A model generated the notes under the pieces. The model had not been told where the DNA came from, did not search any database, and worked only from the letters and a program-made list of their open reading frames with translations. A stretch of DNA of 64,000 nucleotides, taken from a virus. The translations under genes and the position numbers were made by a program. Position 1 is the first letter of the stretch, and every line of letters starts with the position of its first letter. Shown here piece by piece: positions 56,119 to 64,000 of this stretch. The stretch lies in IMG/VR virus record IMGVR_UViG_3300021197_000933, positions 2,670 through 66,669 of that record; one strand, written 5' to 3'.

Positions 56119-57102
56119 TCAGTATTTGCCAGCTTCTCCGTAGAAGCAGAGCTTAATACCGGCACAAGCACCATACCTACCTACGCAGGCAGTCTCGTGC
56201 TGAACCTTAGGCCATGACCAGTGATCGGGATTGTCGATGTCCAGTCGGGCTAAACTGTGCTCCGCTCTCCAGAGCATCTCTGCAAAGTGGTGATCACGAT
56301 GAGGAGTCGGTGGGACCATAGGCCGAGCGATGCGCCAGGGGCCTTGTGTCTGAATGAGGTTCAACGCGACGCCGCCGAAGCTCTTTCCGTAAAGCTGTTT
56401 GCCCATGATTCTGAACGCGGCGAAGCCACCATCGATGGCGTATGCGTCAACGCTGCGGTTGGGCTGCACTCGAGCTTGGTGCTTGTGATCCCAGATGAAC
56501 GCTCGCCCTGACCGATCTCTTGTGGACATATCCATTCTACGAGTAAGCGAGACTGCATGTCCGTGATCAGGATGGCCTGGTACGTTGAGCGGAGACGGTC
56601 TGATTATGCCTCCGTCGCACGCCTTGATCTTAGCCACGTCAGGTCGGAAGTCTTGGTCTTGAGGGTCAGTCACCCACAAGCCCCACTCACCGTTCTTCTC
56701 ACCGAGTACCGCTGTGACTTGATGCTCCACTGCGAGGATGCGACCAGGTGACTCAGGGAACTGAGAGAGGTAGCGCCTGAATGTCTCAATCATTCGGTCG
56801 ATAAACTCGTGACCACCATTAGCCTCACAGTAAGCGTGTATGGCTTCTTCGGGATCCATGAGCATGTCAGGGTCGTCAATCCACTTGTCGTCTACCCAGC
56901 AGCCACCCTGCTTAGCGCCATAGATAGCGTGCAGGTGTGCTTGCATGACGTGACCCATACTCCCACGCGTAAGTGCGTCAGCTGGGATCATCTGCATGTT
57001 CAGCCTCTCGCCGTAGGCAAAGAGCTGCGGGCACTTAAAGAAGGTACCGATTCGTGACCAGCCGCGAGCAGACCTACCCGCATCGATAAGTATCTTACTC
57101 AT
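56119..57102 (-). CDS. PD-(D/E)XK Cas4/RecB-like exonuclease
   Basis: CPQ..GSMGH..VE..RMD..DHK..C-x6-C-x5-C. Confidence 0.8.
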   Translation of the reverse strand: MSKILIDAGRSARGWSRIGTFFKCPQLFAYGERLNMQMIPADALTRGSMGHVMQAHLHAIYGAKQGGCWVDDKWIDDPDMLMDPEEAIHAYCEANGGHEFIDRMIETFRRYLSQFPESPGRILAVEHQVTAVLGEKNGEWGLWVTDPQDQDFRPDVAKIKACDGGIIRPSPLNVPGHPDHGHAVSLTRRMDMSTRDRSGRAFIWDHKHQARVQPNRSVDAYAIDGGFAAFRIMGKQLYGKSFGGVALNLIQTQGPWRIARPMVPPTPHRDHHFAEMLWRAEHSLARLDIDNPDHWSWPKVQHETACVGRYGACAGIKLCFYGEAGKY

Positions 57103-57105
57103 CAC

Positions 57106-57303
57106 TCACCTCCTTGTTCTTGCGATTGTTGTTTCGATGACAGAGAGCAGATCGATGAGGCGCTCCTTTTCTATCTCTTCACATTTACCAATCATCCTTA
57201 TTGACTCTTCGTCGGGGTATTCAAGAGCGGCATGAACTGCAATCTGATGGTCGATGACAGCGTTACGAAAAGATTTGATGTGTGCTTTGATCAGGTCCAT
57301 CAC
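57106..57303 (-). CDS. Small cassette gene
   Basis: Flanked by GGAGGTGAGTGATG junctions. Confidence 0.7.
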   Translation of the reverse strand: MMDLIKAHIKSFRNAVIDHQIAVHAALEYPDEESIRMIGKCEEIEKERLIDLLSVIETTIARTRR

Positions 57304-57494
57304 TCACCTCCATCCCACTTGTCACTTTCAGGGCCGCGCGGTCGTCCGTATTGCGCGCACTCATCTTCCGTCAGCGCGTAGCCGGCCTTTCCGGTCAGGC
57401 AGACGGGATGATGTCGATACCCGTCACGGCAGGTCATCATCTCTTGGGTGCGGTAAATCCGTTTCCCGCATGATTTGCAGATGTCATCCATCAC
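57300..57494 (-). CDS. Small Cys/His cassette gene
   Basis: CxxC..HxxC; ends GGE*. Confidence 0.7.
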   Translation of the reverse strand: MMDDICKSCGKRIYRTQEMMTCRDGYRHHPVCLTGKAGYALTEDECAQYGRPRGPESDKWDGGE

Positions 57495-57739
57495 TCACCT
57501 CCCGTGTGTTGAGACCAGTGCATGTTGTGCTCGTACATCAAGTCGCCCCACTTGTCCGTAGCCTCGGCCCACTTGTCGTCGTCTTCGTTCCATGACTCTG
57601 TGAGTGACTGGAACAAGAAGTCATAGACTCGTTTGGTGTTCATTTTGTTAGTAGTATCTTTAACATTGATGAACTCGCCAATCAGTAGCTTGAACAAACG
57701 TTCTCGATTCTTTTTGGTGTTGTCATAGAGAAGCATCAC
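57491..57739 (-). CDS. Small cassette gene
   Basis: AT-richer; ends GGE*. Confidence 0.7.
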   Translation of the reverse strand: MMLLYDNTKKNRERLFKLLIGEFINVKDTTNKMNTKRVYDFLFQSLTESWNEDDDKWAEATDKWGDLMYEHNMHWSQHTGGE

Positions 57740-59670
57740 TTGTCTCCCAGTTTTGAGATGATGGAGTCCAAGATAGACCCCTTGTCCTCTGTGCCACGGA
57801 GCTTCTCTCCAAGACCCTCCAGCTCATCCGCCTTCAGGAACGATTCGATGGGACCAAACTTATCGACCAGGATGTCCACCACACGAGTGTCATAGGTACC
57901 CTCTGCGACGATCACCTTGAGAAGAGTAGGGCTACCACCGAGTCTATCGAAGCGACCCTTCCACTGAACGAAGTCACCCGGCTTCCACGGCAGCATGGCA
58001 AAGATAGCGAGGTCTGCAGTCTGCATACCATCGACACCAGTACCAACACTCTGACCTGTAGCAATCAGGCAGCACGGTCCAGTTGACTCTCTGAATGAGT
58101 CAATCATCTCGTCCCTCTCGGACTCAGGTATTCCGCCGTGGGCCACCCAGACTGGCACGCTCCCCTGTGCCTCATCTCCACGGGTGACCTCACGACGGAT
58201 GGCGTGTGCCCACAAGTCGGTCTCTCTTCTCCGAGCTGTGAACACAACAACCTTACCCCCTCCCTTCAAACCCTCGAGTGCTTCCTCCGTCACGTACTTA
58301 CGCTTCTTAGAGCAAGCCTCTGCTAATCTCGCTTCGACTACTCGCTCTCGAGCAGGAGCTCCATCAGCCTTTACTTCTTTGACCAGTCCTTTGATCGCTT
58401 GCCCAAAGGTCTTGTCGTCACTCCATCGCTCAGCCCTGTTCAGCTGAGAGTTACTCAAGTACACCACCTGCACGCGCGTATCCGGCAAGGACGAATGGCT
58501 TTCAGAGTAAGGCACTTCGTGCACAAGAAAAGAACAGCGAGCTTTCAGCTCGTCCATATTGCTATGACCAGAGTCATCAAGGCCACCGTATTGCCCAGGG
58601 CGGGCGTCACAGTAGCGCATAGCAAAGCGCGAAAAGCTATGGCTAAAGCCCCCAGGTGCCAGAAGGTCCAGCTGCGACCACAGCCTCCGTGGTCGGCCAT
58701 CGTCCAGAGGCGTAGCAGTAAGGCCAATGCGTCGTTCCAAAGACGGCAGTCTACTGATATCCATAACAGCAACAGCACGTGTCTCCCGACTTACCTTAGA
58801 GTCCACACGGCTGCTTGCCGCAGTCTTCCTTCTCTCGAAGGACACGCCACCGTCAGCTTCCTGAATAGCCGTCCATCGCTTGCGGCTGCCATGAGTATGG
58901 ATCTCGTCAAGGATCAGCGTCGTCGGCTGCACGCTACGTGCCGCATCCATGTTGTCTGCCAGCGACTCTGCCCCGATAATGACAAAGGGACGTGTGCGTT
59001 CTTGACCACACTTGTCCAAGTATTCCTGCAGTGTACCGTCCTTCTTCCGTCTCTCTGACACCGGGCGGATGCGGAAGGGCTTGATAAAGGTGTACTCCTG
59101 CACCTGAGACCACCAGACGTGACGGGCTTTAGCCGGAGCTACGACGAGTACTGGCCCCGGTTGAGCCAGTGCTGACATGATTGCACCCAGTGTCTTGCCA
59201 CTACCGCAGGCCCAGACGTTCATAGACCAGGGCCTACGGGTGCACCACGCCACGTTCATGTACTGGTAGGGTGTCGCTATCTCGAGCACATGTGGCTTGA
59301 GCTCGCCCCTATTTACGGCGTGACCTGATAACTCTATGCCCTTTAGGCACAGGGCTTGTCGGCTACCTTCTTGGTTGGACCAACCACCAATCCCGTCGGT
59401 GAAGTGAGGCGAAGACGTAAAGCTGGCATCGAACGATAAGAGTACGGACTCTGCGAGCCACGCACCGTGTATAGGGGTCATGACTACGCACTGAGCAATC
59501 TCCGTGTTTCCTTCTTCAATCAGCTTCGACAAACGCACACGCCTACTGTTACGTACCAAACCATAGACGAGAGTGCCTGGCACCTCCGTCTCCAGAGCTG
59601 GAAGTGTAGACACTAAACCAGGTTGATCTTCCGTAGTCACGGTGTATCGATAGTGAGGTTGTTCCCACAT
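57736..59670 (-). CDS. SNF2-like superfamily 2 helicase
   Basis: CGSGKT, LILDEIH, LTATP, QWKGRFDRLG. Confidence 0.92.
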   Translation of the reverse strand: MWEQPHYRYTVTTEDQPGLVSTLPALETEVPGTLVYGLVRNSRRVRLSKLIEEGNTEIAQCVVMTPIHGAWLAESVLLSFDASFTSSPHFTDGIGGWSNQEGSRQALCLKGIELSGHAVNRGELKPHVLEIATPYQYMNVAWCTRRPWSMNVWACGSGKTLGAIMSALAQPGPVLVVAPAKARHVWWSQVQEYTFIKPFRIRPVSERRKKDGTLQEYLDKCGQERTRPFVIIGAESLADNMDAARSVQPTTLILDEIHTHGSRKRWTAIQEADGGVSFERRKTAASSRVDSKVSRETRAVAVMDISRLPSLERRIGLTATPLDDGRPRRLWSQLDLLAPGGFSHSFSRFAMRYCDARPGQYGGLDDSGHSNMDELKARCSFLVHEVPYSESHSSLPDTRVQVVYLSNSQLNRAERWSDDKTFGQAIKGLVKEVKADGAPARERVVEARLAEACSKKRKYVTEEALEGLKGGGKVVVFTARRRETDLWAHAIRREVTRGDEAQGSVPVWVAHGGIPESERDEMIDSFRESTGPCCLIATGQSVGTGVDGMQTADLAIFAMLPWKPGDFVQWKGRFDRLGGSPTLLKVIVAEGTYDTRVVDILVDKFGPIESFLKADELEGLGEKLRGTEDKGSILDSIISKLGDK

Positions 59671-59695
59671 GGTGTCGTTCTCCTTGGATGACGTG

Positions 59696-59724
59696 ATTCT
59701 ATACAGGGTCTACCACTGCGTCAA
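59696..59724 (-). promoter_or_regulatory. Sigma70-like promoter of the replication operon
   Basis: TTGACG-17-TAGAAT. Confidence 0.8.
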
Positions 59725-59780
59725 GAGCATAGTTGCACATTAACGAAAAATGGGCTACCGTTGTGGTCTAAGGAGAAACC

Positions 59781-60095
59781 ATGCCTGACACCGCATTTAT
59801 TCGATTCTTGTTTCAACACCGCACTGCCCGGAGCTGGTCTATATCAGAGATGGCAAGACGCTCAGGGTTATCTCAACCTGAGGTCAGTCGCATCGAGTCC
59901 GGCAAAAGGTTGCCCACAATCAGGCACGTCAAGGGTGTAGCTGAAGCGTTCTCTCAGGCTCCGGTAAAGGGAGCGCATGAGCCATCTGACTACGCAGACT
60001 GGCTTGTCCGTCTGGTGGACATGGCCGAGAGAGCTCGTCAAGCTGCGCGTGTCGGCCCTGGTAGGTGGGCGAAAAGGTCGCAAGTAGAGGCGTGA
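59781..60095 (+). CDS. XRE-family HTH transcriptional regulator
   Basis: SISEMARRSGLSQPEVSRIESGKRLP; AAGGAG SD. Confidence 0.9.
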   Translation: MPDTAFIRFLFQHRTARSWSISEMARRSGLSQPEVSRIESGKRLPTIRHVKGVAEAFSQAPVKGAHEPSDYADWLVRLVDMAERARQAARVGPGRWAKRSQVEA

Positions 60096-60213
60096 GTAGT
60101 TAAAGCTCTCGCGTTGCTACGCAACATGATCCGCTATCTTGTGGTGGGAACTAAGCTGTGAGCTCTTGGATTGGCTGAGTGCTTACGGTACAACATAAGT
60201 GGATTGAACCTGG

Positions 60214-60252
60214 CCCCGCTTGAGCGTAACAACTCAAGTGGGGTATTCTTTT
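60214..60252 (+). terminator. Intrinsic terminator
   Basis: CCCCGCTTGAG/CTCAAGTGGGG stem plus TATTCTTTT. Confidence 0.75.
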
Positions 60253-60563
60253 TACGAAGTAGACTTCTCGAGTAGGCGCTCTAACTTCGACACGATGTCG
60301 TTGTGTACTCTCGTTCGAGTAATGAGAAAGTCTTTGGACTGAGAGTCTTCCCTATCTCGGTACTCTTTAATGACCTTATCGTACCGCTCACGCATCTTCT
60401 CAGATCGCTCACCGTACTCTTTACGGATCTCGTCAAGCTGATCCTGGAAGCCCTCTACAAGCTTGTCCAGTCGCTTCTGCATCGTAAAGAACTGATACAC
60501 CAAGAACGCAGCGAAGACACCGAGGTGCCCATCAGCTAACAGAGAATCGACTAAAGCTTCCAC
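60252..60563 (-). CDS. Holin-like TM plus coiled-coil protein
   Basis: One N-terminal TM; adjacent to the endolysin candidate. Confidence 0.55.
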   Translation of the reverse strand: MEALVDSLLADGHLGVFAAFLVYQFFTMQKRLDKLVEGFQDQLDEIRKEYGERSEKMRERYDKVIKEYRDREDSQSKDFLITRTRVHNDIVSKLERLLEKSTS

Positions 60564-61135
60564 TATACAGGCTCTTCAATAAGCGTGTACGTAAAGCTAT
60601 TCCCCCACTTACTCTTAGCTGCATAGCAGATACTCATGAACTCCTCGAAGTCGGCACTGTGGCTGAAGACTTGGCACCCAGCTGACCACTTGTCTACTTG
60701 GGTCGAGGAAGACCCTGCTTTATGTATGTTGATTCCGAAATAACCTTCAGTAATAGACTGTACGTCAAGGTCAATAACATCGTCTTTATTGCTATCACGA
60801 TAAGTCTTGACCGTACCGTTTCTCTGACAGAGCGCATCGTATCTCCCCTGGTGCTTGTCGATCTTCCATACAGACCGATACTGACCAGGTACAAGGATAG
60901 CAGTACCCTTTACGTTGCTGGGATTCTCTAGCCAGTATCTACCCGGCTCAGTAGTACACTCCCAAGTTCGGGTAATCCATCCCTGCTCGTCCTTATAGAC
61001 TACACAGATACGGTCATCAAAGCTGTTTGCCTTGTGATCCTTGCTACGAATACCAATGATGTTCAGGTTGTACTCACCTGACTCAAACACAGCGTGGCCG
61101 AGAGAGTCGACGTAGTCTAATAGTACGGGTCTCAT
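60563..61135 (-). CDS. Putative endolysin, L,D-transpeptidase (YkuD-like) fold
   Basis: GINIHKAG..VDKWSAGCQV His/Cys motif. Confidence 0.75.
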   Translation of the reverse strand: MRPVLLDYVDSLGHAVFESGEYNLNIIGIRSKDHKANSFDDRICVVYKDEQGWITRTWECTTEPGRYWLENPSNVKGTAILVPGQYRSVWKIDKHQGRYDALCQRNGTVKTYRDSNKDDVIDLDVQSITEGYFGINIHKAGSSSTQVDKWSAGCQVFSHSADFEEFMSICYAAKSKWGNSFTYTLIEEPV

Positions 61136-61422
61136 CGGCTGCAGTTCGCGTTTGTAGCTTGGCAGATAGCGGCCTGGTTGATTGCTTGCTGTTGCTGCAT
61201 CTCCAACATCTTGGCCACGATGTCTTCCATCTTGTCGAGTCGTGTCTCTACGCCCTCGATCTTAAGGTCTACGACATCCTGCTTACCTGACTTGGCTTCA
61301 AGCACGGTGACTCGTTTGTCCAGCTCTTCCGTCTCTTGGGCAGCTGAATCGAGAGAAGCAAAGCAAATGCCTGCAGCGAAAACTACCGTCATGCCCGGCA
61401 TCGCAAAGTCTTTAAGCGTCAT
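61132..61422 (-). CDS. Membrane-anchored coiled-coil protein
   Basis: Hydrophobic N-terminus plus heptads. Confidence 0.65.
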   Translation of the reverse strand: MTLKDFAMPGMTVVFAAGICFASLDSAAQETEELDKRVTVLEAKSGKQDVVDLKIEGVETRLDKMEDIVAKMLEMQQQQAINQAAICQATNANCSR

Positions 61423-61859
61423 TGTCCTGCCCCCGCACTGTAGTGGTACGTCGCACCTATCCCAGCTGTGACGATGCCGACGATTACTATAGTCTCTATC
61501 CTACCAAGCCAGCGCTGTGTACCGGGTCTCTCAAGCCAGGGCTTTGGCTTAAGTTCCAGGTCTAACCTATCTTTATACCAGTCTCGTTCTCGAGAGAGCT
61601 CAGCTGTGTCGATTTGGTAACGAGTGCTAATGTTGGTCGCCCACACTTCAGTCGCAAGTAGGTCAGCGTAGTCGGACAATGGTACAGCGACGGCAGAACA
61701 ATCTGAGATTGATACACCAATGGTCAGCTCAGGGGGAAACTTCTTACCCTTATTGATCGGGATCACTTGCGTGCACTGACCCGCCACAGGTTCAGGTACT
61801 ACAGGCCGAGCTGGGATATCCGTTGCAAACGCTGCCGACATGAGCAAAAGGAGAGTCAT
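61419..61859 (-). CDS. Exported, C-terminally anchored protein (spanin-like)
   Basis: Signal-like N-terminus and C-terminal TM. Confidence 0.55.
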   Translation of the reverse strand: MTLLLLMSAAFATDIPARPVVPEPVAGQCTQVIPINKGKKFPPELTIGVSISDCSAVAVPLSDYADLLATEVWATNISTRYQIDTAELSRERDWYKDRLDLELKPKPWLERPGTQRWLGRIETIVIVGIVTAGIGATYHYSAGAGQ

Positions 61860-62098
61860 CGCTTTCTCTCATTGCCGAGGCGCGCCAGGTCGTCCGCAGC
61901 TGAGTCGCCTTGTACTGCCTTCGTGAGAGCTTTGATGTTGTCGTCGAACTCTTTCTGTGCGACTTCGCGTGCCACCTCCGCTGCTTTGTTAGGGGGAGGC
62001 TTTGACTTTGTGCCTTTCTTTGCGTCCTTCTTGATACCAAATATAGTCGCCACAATAGCGGCCATAGCGACGAGGGCGATTGTAACAGTATCAACCAT
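61856..62098 (-). CDS. N-terminal TM protein (i-spanin-like)
   Basis: GGAGGAG SD; TM followed by a helical segment. Confidence 0.55.
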   Translation of the reverse strand: MVDTVTIALVAMAAIVATIFGIKKDAKKGTKSKPPPNKAAEVAREVAQKEFDDNIKALTKAVQGDSAADDLARLGNERKR

Positions 62099-62106
62099 TG
62101 CTCCTC

Positions 62107-62475
62107 CTAAGACGCGATCATGTCGATGCGAACAGCGTTTGTTGGTGCTGTGTTGTTGGCTACAGGCGCCAGCTGAGTGCACCAAATAGAGACGCCCGCT
62201 GCATAAGCAAGGCCTGTGTTGAACACGTATGACGTCACTATTCCTGCTTTACCCTTGAACATCCAATCGGGGGTTTGGTTAACACCGACATCTGACCCGT
62301 GATCTTTGATCTTCAAGTAGACATCGGTAGTGTTCTTGGTGTTGTCGATATCAAGCATATAGATAGTACCGGACGAGTTGGCCGTTACATTCGCGTATCC
62401 CGTACCGTCAATACCAGACGCGGAGATAAGGATACCCCCGATCTCCGTAATAGATGTCCGTGTGGTTGCGCCCAT
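62107..62475 (-). CDS. Small beta-sandwich virion protein, paralog 4
   Basis: Shared YxK..P..GL motif. Confidence 0.75.
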   Translation of the reverse strand: MGATTRTSITEIGGILISASGIDGTGYANVTANSSGTIYMLDIDNTKNTTDVYLKIKDHGSDVGVNQTPDWMFKGKAGIVTSYVFNTGLAYAAGVSIWCTQLAPVANNTAPTNAVRIDMIAS

Positions 62476-62482
62476 GAGTTCC

Positions 62483-62851
62483 TCAGCTACAAGTTAAGTG
62501 AACGCCTGTAGATGACTGAGGGTTGCCTGTACCTATGGGGTCAGCAACTCCGGTCACACTCACAGACAAGGAGTCGTACTCCAACCCATAGGGTATTTGG
62601 AACGTCTTAGTAGCAGCTGCTGCCACCTTAAGTACAAGGCAGGGATACGTTGTACCTAAGGTGGGTGCAAGCGTGTCGTAGATCTTGACATAGACTGCGT
62701 TAGACGCGTCTTTGCTGTTGTCTACTCGCACAGCAAACAGTCGACCAGGATTACCCGTAACATTCGGAGCAATCGCAGCTGAGGTTACCGCGCTATCAAC
62801 GACAACCTTAAAGCGTACAGCACTACCGTGCTTGGTCGATGTCAGTGCCAT
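62483..62851 (-). CDS. Small beta-sandwich virion protein, paralog 3
   Basis: Shared motif. Confidence 0.75.
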   Translation of the reverse strand: MALTSTKHGSAVRFKVVVDSAVTSAAIAPNVTGNPGRLFAVRVDNSKDASNAVYVKIYDTLAPTLGTTYPCLVLKVAAAATKTFQIPYGLEYDSLSVSVTGVADPIGTGNPQSSTGVHLTCS

Positions 62852-62854
62852 CTA

Positions 62855-63052
62855 CTACTTCTTTCCCATGCCAATAGCAGCCATCGCTTTCTCAGCAGAA
62901 TCGCCAGCAATGTAGGCAAGGCCCAAGTAAAGCCACTGGGCAGACTCCAAGCGGCCAGCAACAAGCAAGCCAGTACCAAGAGCAAGAACAGCAAGTCGAC
63001 GCCAAGAGACGCGCTTCTGAGAACAAAAGAGAGAGTTGATAAAGTCTTTCAT
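62855..63052 (-). CDS. Two-TM holin-like protein
   Basis: SWRRLAVLALGTGLLV..WLYLGLAYIAGD. Confidence 0.7.
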   Translation of the reverse strand: MKDFINSLFCSQKRVSWRRLAVLALGTGLLVAGRLESAQWLYLGLAYIAGDSAEKAMAAIGMGKK

Positions 63053-63060
63053 GACTTCTC

Positions 63061-63429
63061 CTATGATAAGAGGAACTTTGCAGCAAGCGTACCTACAACT
63101 GCTGCTTGTGTTGATCCGTTAGCACGAGTAGACGTACCCCAGTAGCGTAGTCCAGCTGCAAGGGCGTTTCCATCCGCCGCTACGTACTCAATCGATGTCC
63201 CCGCTGGGACGGGAAAAATGTAGTCAGGGTTGTTGCTGTCGGGCGCGCCAGATGTGGCATCCCACGCTTTAATGTAAGAAACTGCGGTAGTTGCTGTACC
63301 CTCACCTTTTATACAGAAGAGTGTGGTCGCGCCTGAGTTAGCCTGAACCCCGCTTGCGTCAGTTACTGCGCTATCTGATACGAGTGTGTCGGCAAGCGCA
63401 GCTGCGACATTTCCAATAGTAACGGCCAT
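63061..63429 (-). CDS. Small beta-sandwich virion protein, paralog 2
   Basis: Shared motif. Confidence 0.75.
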   Translation of the reverse strand: MAVTIGNVAAALADTLVSDSAVTDASGVQANSGATTLFCIKGEGTATTAVSYIKAWDATSGAPDSNNPDYIFPVPAGTSIEYVAADGNALAAGLRYWGTSTRANGSTQAAVVGTLAAKFLLS

Positions 63430-63438
63430 GATAGACTC

Positions 63439-63816
63439 CTATGATGTGAGCAGTGTAACAGTCACACCCGCAGAGTTGCTGAGTGTAGGTGAAGTGGTGT
63501 TGTTATCGGTGGGGCCAGTAACACACCAGAAACTCAGCTTAGTAAAAGACAAGCCATCGGGTATCGCCCATTGTTTTGTCTCAGCTGCGTTAACTCGAAT
63601 CATCATTTCGGGTAATGTAGTCCCAACCGTAACTGACGACTCAGAGATGGTCAGCTTAACGTAGCTGTTTGAGCTCGAAGCGTTGACGACTTTAATCGAG
63701 TAAAGACTCCCAGGTTCTGAAGTCACGTCAATGTTTGGTGTCGAGTTAGTGATCGTCTGTTTAACGATCTTGTACTTCAAGACCGTAGCGTCAAATTGAG
63801 CTGCAGAAAGTGCCAT
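63439..63816 (-). CDS. Small beta-sandwich virion protein, paralog 1
   Basis: Shared motif. Confidence 0.75.
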   Translation of the reverse strand: MALSAAQFDATVLKYKIVKQTITNSTPNIDVTSEPGSLYSIKVVNASSSNSYVKLTISESSVTVGTTLPEMMIRVNAAETKQWAIPDGLSFTKLSFWCVTGPTDNNTTSPTLSNSAGVTVTLLTS

Positions 63817-63825
63817 GAGTTCTCC

Positions 63826-64000
63826 TTAGAGAGGTAAGTATACGTCGGCGGCGATACACTCACCGTCTTTAGAGCCTACGTTAGTCGCCCGAAGTGACCA
63901 GGAATCTCCACCATCAGTGCTGCTCAGCACATCTCCGGTGTCGCAGACGGCAACGTAGGTAACGCCATCTGTCGCGAGTCCAAAGACGTTTCCGTGAGAG
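63826..64000 (-). CDS. C-terminus of an Asp-box (BNR) beta-propeller protein, 5'-truncated
   Basis: Hand translation ..LSSTDGGDSWSLRA..VYLPL*. Confidence 0.7.
   Translation of the reverse strand, partial: SHGNVFGLATDGVTYVAVCDTGDVLSSTDGGDSWSLRATNVGSKDGECIAADVYLPL

Noticed and set aside
56119-57102. Cas4 as evidence of a CRISPR-Cas system
   Set aside because: It is a stand-alone PD-(D/E)XK nuclease in a standard phage recombination/replication context.
59781-60095. XRE protein as proof of a temperate lifestyle
   Set aside because: There is no integrase, partition system, att site or S24 peptidase domain in the window.
60096-60213. tRNA or other ncRNA in the gap after the HTH gene
   Set aside because: No cloverleaf or T-loop motif; only short weak stems before the terminator.

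Overview
The window is a 64-kb piece of a lytic-looking, podovirus-like tailed dsDNA phage genome (about 53% GC by eye). I saw no integrase, tRNA or CRISPR array. Layout: (1) 1-21.8 kb minus strand, virion genes: major capsid, cement, adaptor, nozzle, ejection proteins, and a giant >2,700-aa polyvalent protein running off the left edge with JAB, ADP-ribosyltransferase and HExxH domains. (2) 22-29.2 kb plus strand: terminase large subunit, portal, small basic proteins, scaffold. (3) 29.4-33.8 kb accessory block with a DUF2589-like pair and membrane proteins. (4) 33.9-46.5 kb GC-rich early region with repeat arrays, a TerS-like gene, a 213-bp nested palindrome, two methyltransferases, and small genes joined by identical 14-bp junctions. 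(5) 46.5-59.7 kb minus-strand replication module: DUF927 helicase, SMC-like ATPase, UDG-PolA fusion, SSB, AAA ATPase, Cas4-like nuclease, SNF2 helicase. (6) 59.8-64 kb HTH regulator, lysis genes and paralogous virion proteins. The best novel candidate is a ~100-nt small RNA at 39.65-39.76 kb. Its single-stranded parts are complementary to a ribosome-binding-site motif shared by early and replication genes, and to the leaders of two replication genes. The next best is a UDG-fused PolA with His at the steric gate and other non-canonical active-site residues. All family names come from motif recall and were not checked by any database search.
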